Source: an uncultured Nitrospiraceae bacterium (GTDB lineage: Bacteria; Nitrospirota; Thermodesulfovibrionia; Thermodesulfovibrionales; Dissulfurispiraceae). From it: a DNA stretch of 64,000 nucleotides. A model generated the notes under the pieces. It did not search any database. It worked only from the letters and a program-made list of their open reading frames with translations, and was not told where the DNA came from. Position numbers and translations under genes: made by a program. The first letter of the stretch is position 1; each line of letters begins with the position of its first letter. Positions 59,903-64,000 of this stretch are shown piece by piece. The stretch is taken from contig CAVPIW010000006.1 in assembly GCA_963705105.1 (NCBI GenBank), positions 544,001 through 608,000 of the forward strand, written 5' to 3'.

Positions 59903-60829
59903 CTACGGAAGGATCCCCCGAAGGCTCTGGATCACCGAACCCGGATCGGCACACTCGTCGGTGAAACGCCACAGCTCAATCTGGACGCTGAAAGACTGGA
60001 TGAGGTCAATGTTCTTCGTCTTCAGAAAGTTTACAATCTCCATGAGGTTCGGCGGCGCAAGGGAGCCGATGGTGTAAGTCCCTTCGGGGATCGAAAGCCC
60101 GGCATTAATACAGAAAAGGGGCAGTATGACGATGCTCGTCTGACCGGGGGAGAGGGTGACAACGAAATCTGTAACGAGCAGGAGATTCTGAAAGGCCTTG
60201 GTGCTGCTGGCGAACATGAGGCCTGCCGGAACGGTGAAGGTGACCGGTGATCCGCTGTTGTTCAGGAACGTCAGTGCAAGGGCAAAGGGGCCGACAAGGC
60301 CCGGGTCATCGGGGACGGAGATATTCGTAATCACGACACTTCCGGGCAGCCATGGCAGGAACGGCCGGCCCGTGTTGATAACGCCTCCCTCGCAGGTGAA
60401 CCTGAAGGGGGCCGAACACTGGGCAACTGTTGAATCGTTGAAAGAATCCTTTAGTTCGAGGGTCCAGATGATGTCTCCTTGGACGGTGTAATCGGGCAAT
60501 CCGAAGGGCAGACTGGGGATCACAAAGATCGGCGCGTCAGTGATCGACAGGCCCGGCGAAATGGTGATATTGTCCACCCAGGGAACACGGTTGGTGTGGC
60601 CCGTCGACCCGTCCCAGTAGAGGACCGCCTGATCCACCTGGACGGAAAAGAATATATCGACCGTCGAGGTCCTGTCGGAAGTAAAATCCAGCAGGACGGC
60701 AAATTCGTCGCCTCCGTGGTGGACCGGCAGGTTCATACTGAGATTGCAGCTCGTCGCCCCGGCATGAGACGAAATCATAAGAGCAATGCCGACAAGTGCC
60801 ATGATGCAAAAAACAATTCTTTTCATCAT
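59903..60829 (-). CDS. Secreted hypothetical protein with thioester-domain-like motifs
   Basis: Signal peptide; FCINAGLSIP and VQIELWRFTD in the C-terminal domain. Confidence 0.65.
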   Translation of the reverse strand: MMKRIVFCIMALVGIALMISSHAGATSCNLSMNLPVHHGGDEFAVLLDFTSDRTSTVDIFFSVQVDQAVLYWDGSTGHTNRVPWVDNITISPGLSITDAPIFVIPSLPFGLPDYTVQGDIIWTLELKDSFNDSTVAQCSAPFRFTCEGGVINTGRPFLPWLPGSVVITNISVPDDPGLVGPFALALTFLNNSGSPVTFTVPAGLMFASSTKAFQNLLLVTDFVVTLSPGQTSIVILPLFCINAGLSIPEGTYTIGSLAPPNLMEIVNFLKTKNIDLIQSFSVQIELWRFTDECADPGSVIQSLRGILP

Positions 60830-60925
60830 TTTCCCTCCGCGGAGAAGTCGGTCATGACATCCTCCGTTAACGGTTCGTACTCGGGAACGCCCTTGACCCT
60901 CGCGGACATGCGTTCCGACGTCACC

Positions 60926-61606
60926 TCAGGACCGGTAAAACCTGACGAGATGGGAGGGGGAAACGCCGAGGGAATAGAGAGTGATGAGCGTCCAGTTCCT
61001 CAGCGTGCCATAGACGACGCCCTCTTTATCCCATCGTCTCGGAGATGTCAGGACCCTGTCGGGCAAAACCGCCATCCTGCCCCCTGCCTTCTTGATTCTC
61101 CTGACGATCTCGACATCCTCCATGAGGGGGATCTCGGAATACCCGCCGATCTTTTCGAAAGCATCGCGGCTGATAAAGATCCCCTGATCGCCGTAGGGAA
61201 TGCCGGTGACCCGCGACCGGATGAAGGCCCCCTTCTCGATGATCCTGAAGATGATGCGTTCCGATCGTATACCGAGCGTGAAGGCCCCCCCGGCATATTC
61301 GCCCTTCTCCATGACCGAGCATATCTTCCGAAAGGCCCCTTCGGGAAGCTCCGTGTCGGCGTGCAGAAAGAGAAGGATTTCCCCCCGGGCGACGGATGCG
61401 CCCCTGTTCATCTGCGTTCCCCTGCCCTGCCGGGTCAGCAGGGTGATGACGGATTCATCGTGTATCACCGCTATCGTGTCCCCGTCGGGGTGCCCGTCGG
61501 CGACGATGATCTCCCGCGGCACCGGGGGATCGATGCGGCCGATATGGTCAATCAGTGCATTGATCGAGGCGGACTCCCTCCAGGCGGGGATGATCACCGA
61601 AAGCAT
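60926..61606 (-). CDS. GT2 glycosyltransferase (TIGR04283-like)
   Basis: LSVIIP, GRGTQMNRGA, LFLHADT, PYGDQGIF, PLMEDV, TSPRRW. Confidence 0.9.
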   Translation of the reverse strand: MLSVIIPAWRESASINALIDHIGRIDPPVPREIIVADGHPDGDTIAVIHDESVITLLTRQGRGTQMNRGASVARGEILLFLHADTELPEGAFRKICSVMEKGEYAGGAFTLGIRSERIIFRIIEKGAFIRSRVTGIPYGDQGIFISRDAFEKIGGYSEIPLMEDVEIVRRIKKAGGRMAVLPDRVLTSPRRWDKEGVVYGTLRNWTLITLYSLGVSPSHLVRFYRS

Positions 61607-61938
61607 ACATTCCCCCCTGCTGCTCGTTCCGGGCTGCCTTTCCATGACACCTATGCCTGAACTCAGAGACCCCTTTCTCTCCATGCCATATTATAAACCC
61701 TGTTGTTGCCGGATACGACAGAAAAAAACGGGATGACGACGGCGACATGACGGTCGGCAGTCAGCAGGCAAAAGACAGGAACCAGACGGCAGACACACCG
61801 GCGGGAAGGCTGACGTGATGACAGGCTTTCGCGCAAAAACCGGAAGTTTGGTATAATTCAAAGTTCTGCCTTGCCGTAAGGGGAGACGCAATCGTCCCCC
61901 TGTTTCAATTATGGTTTCCGGTATCGAGAGGTGCGCTC

Positions 61939-62727
61939 ATGATGACATCCGCTGATTTGGCCGGAAAGGTCGCCCTTGTAACGGGAAGCTCCCGGGGCAT
62001 CGGCGCCTCCATCGCCCGGACGCTCGCCGAGGCGGGCGCCGACGTGGTGATCAACTTCAGCAAAGCCGGGGGAAGGTCCCAGGGACAGGGACAGCTCCTG
62101 AAGGAGCAGATCGAAGGCATGGGCCGGCGGTCGTTGCTCGTGCAGGCCGACATAGCGGTCAAGGCATCGGTGAAGGACCTGTTTAAAGCCGTAGACGATC
62201 ATTTCGGGCGTCTCGACATCCTCGTCCTGAACGCGGCGAAGGCCCCCTTCAAACCCATCGAGCGTCTCCTCGAGCGGGAGATCCGGCAGCTCGTCGACAC
62301 GAATTACATAGGAAACGTTTTCTGTGTGCAGGAGTCCCTGCCCCTGCTCGGACGGTCGGGAGGCTCGATCGTCTTCATTTCCAGCCTTGGGAGCCGCTTC
62401 TACAATCAGTCTTATCCTCTCGGGAGCATGAAGGCGGCCATGGAATCCGTCGTGAGAGACCTCGCGGAAAGCCTGGGAGACAGGCACATACGTGTCAACG
62501 CCGTCTGCGGCGGCATCGTCAAGACCGATTCCTTCAAGGTCCTGCGGCAGTTCTGGGACGACATCGACATCATACCGGAGGAGCTCTTTGTCGAGCCCGA
62601 CGAACTCGCCGATGTGGTGCTCTTTCTCTGCCTCCCCGGCAGCAGGGCGATCCGGGGGCAGACGATCGTCGTCGACAGGGGACTGAGCAACATGCTCTCC
62701 AGGCCGATCCCCAAGGTGCGGTCGTGA
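61939..62727 (+). CDS. SDR oxidoreductase, enoyl-ACP reductase FabL-like
   Basis: TGSSRGIG, LVLNAA, SSLGS, Y......K spacing (YPLGSMK), GQTIVVD; precedes ACP and KS genes. Confidence 0.8.
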   Translation: MMTSADLAGKVALVTGSSRGIGASIARTLAEAGADVVINFSKAGGRSQGQGQLLKEQIEGMGRRSLLVQADIAVKASVKDLFKAVDDHFGRLDILVLNAAKAPFKPIERLLEREIRQLVDTNYIGNVFCVQESLPLLGRSGGSIVFISSLGSRFYNQSYPLGSMKAAMESVVRDLAESLGDRHIRVNAVCGGIVKTDSFKVLRQFWDDIDIIPEELFVEPDELADVVLFLCLPGSRAIRGQTIVVDRGLSNMLSRPIPKVRS

Positions 62728-62739
62728 GCAGCGCTCTGT

Positions 62740-62920
62740 CATTGCAGTACGCCCCCGGGGAAGGCGGGGTGTATGCGCCGAAAACCTTGCTGACAGCGGC
62801 ACGTTCTCCGGACAATCGTAACGTGGTCTCGACTACTGAACTATTGACTACAGCTTATTGTCCGCTGGTTAGTGACATCTTCATCCCGCCTTTCTGGAAA
62901 GCGTATACAACGACAAGGTA
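62740..62920 (+). repeat. Intergenic modular repeat variant (copy R16)
   Basis: TTGCAGTACGCC..GGGGAAGGCGGGGTGTATGCGCCGAAAACCTTGCTG ... CCCGCCTTTC...CAACGACAAGGT. Confidence 0.75.
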
Positions 62921-62940
62921 AACTATCACGGAGGAAATAG

Positions 62941-63504
62941 ATGAAGCAGAGCATCGTATCCGAAGAAGCCGTCATCGAAGAGGTCAAAAAAGCAGTCGCC
63001 GACACCCTGAACATCGATATGGAAACCATTAAGCCGGAACACTCCCTCATCAGGGACCTCAACGCCGAGTCCCTCGATTTTCTCGACATCAATTACAGGC
63101 TGGAACAGGCCTTCGGCATACGGATGGCCCGTCACTTCATACTCGAGCACATCGAGGAGATGTTCGGCGAAGGATCTGCCATCGACGAGAACAGCCAGCT
63201 CACCGCCAAGGCCGTTTCTCTTCTCACGCACCGCATGGGTGAGGACATTCCGGAGCTCAAGGCCGGCATGGATATGGACGAAGTGCCGGCACTCATCACG
63301 ATACAGTCCATGGCTCGGGGTGTCATGGACATTCTCGATTCGCTGCCCGAGTCCTGCCCTGCCTGTGGAGCCAGGACCTGGAAGACCGCCGAAGGATCGC
63401 GGATCTCCTGCGGTTCCTGCAGCGCGCCGGCGCCCTTCGCGGGGGGGGATGACCTCATCAGGCAATGGCTGACGGATGTGCAGAAGGAACACAGGATTTT
63501 CTGA
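62941..63504 (+). CDS. Acyl carrier protein with insertion and C-terminal zinc-ribbon-like extension
   Basis: DLNAESLDFLDINYRLEQAFGI ACP signature; CPAC...CGSC; 187 aa. Confidence 0.8.
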   Translation: MKQSIVSEEAVIEEVKKAVADTLNIDMETIKPEHSLIRDLNAESLDFLDINYRLEQAFGIRMARHFILEHIEEMFGEGSAIDENSQLTAKAVSLLTHRMGEDIPELKAGMDMDEVPALITIQSMARGVMDILDSLPESCPACGARTWKTAEGSRISCGSCSAPAPFAGGDDLIRQWLTDVQKEHRIF

Positions 63505-63531
63505 CCGGGCCTGACGATGCACCGCCGACCG

Positions 63532-64000
63532 ATGATCGAGGGGGAGAGGAAAAGAAGGGTTGTCATTACCGGATACGGGATGATCACTCCCCTGGGGAAA
63601 GACTGCGAGGAGACCTTCGGCCGTGCGTCACGGGGACACTCAGGCATCGACTTCATCACCTCCTTTGACACAACAGGGCTGCCCTGCCGCATCGCCGGGG
63701 AGGTAAAGGACGAATGGATCGAGGCTACCGGGGCGGGGGCGGATGACGAGGTCCTGCAGTACTCGGGTCGCGGCCTGACGCTCATGAATTGTGCCACAGC
63801 AGAGGCTGCGCTCATGGCGGGCCTCTCCGGGATTGCGAACCGCGAGCGCGTCGGCGTCTCCCTCGGGTTTCACGGCGACTATGCCTCCGTCGAGGATATC
63901 GTGTCCCTCCACAGGCACCTGGGGAATGACGGCACATGGGACATGAAAGGCCTGATCGAAGACGGCGCCTATTCGCCGGTGAACTTCCTGAGGAGAAAAC
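63532..64000 (+). CDS. Beta-ketoacyl-ACP synthase (FabF-like), partial, runs off the right edge
   Basis: Hand translation: RRVVITGYGMITPLG...GHSGIDFITSFDTTGLPCRIAGEV. Confidence 0.88.
   Translation, partial: MIEGERKRRVVITGYGMITPLGKDCEETFGRASRGHSGIDFITSFDTTGLPCRIAGEVKDEWIEATGAGADDEVLQYSGRGLTLMNCATAEAALMAGLSGIANRERVGVSLGFHGDYASVEDIVSLHRHLGNDGTWDMKGLIEDGAYSPVNFLRRK

Overview
64-kb bacterial chromosomal window, GC-rich and typical of an anaerobe. The gene complement and protein style suggest Nitrospirota or a deltaproteobacterium-like lineage (inference only). Most of it is housekeeping and metabolism: a TPP-riboswitch thiS-thiG/thiE/thiC operon, glyQS, amidase, AOR, two HDAC-family deacetylases with AcuB, ndk, mdh, fabD, etfAB, acpS, pdxJ, class II RNR, a Na+/solute symporter, a sigma54 two-component system and the start of a type II fatty-acid/polyketide-like cluster. 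Two non-coding systems stand out. (1) An accessory island after glyS (about 8.6-15.5 kb) looks like a decayed, integrase-less integron cassette array (NDT-like pseudogene, TIR gene, hicBA). Two of its attC-like sites are interrupted by ORF-less group IIC introns, one of which carries an IS256. (2) About 15 copies of an intergenic, modular, nested-hairpin repeat family with terminal inverted repeats and CACACT/GACACT tracts, with sequence evidence that modules insert into one another. Unusual proteins include an ACP with a long insertion and a zinc ribbon, a thioester-domain-like secreted protein, an aeRF1-like release factor homologue and a Cys-rich PAN/Apple protein. All family calls come from motifs recognised by eye; no database searches were run.
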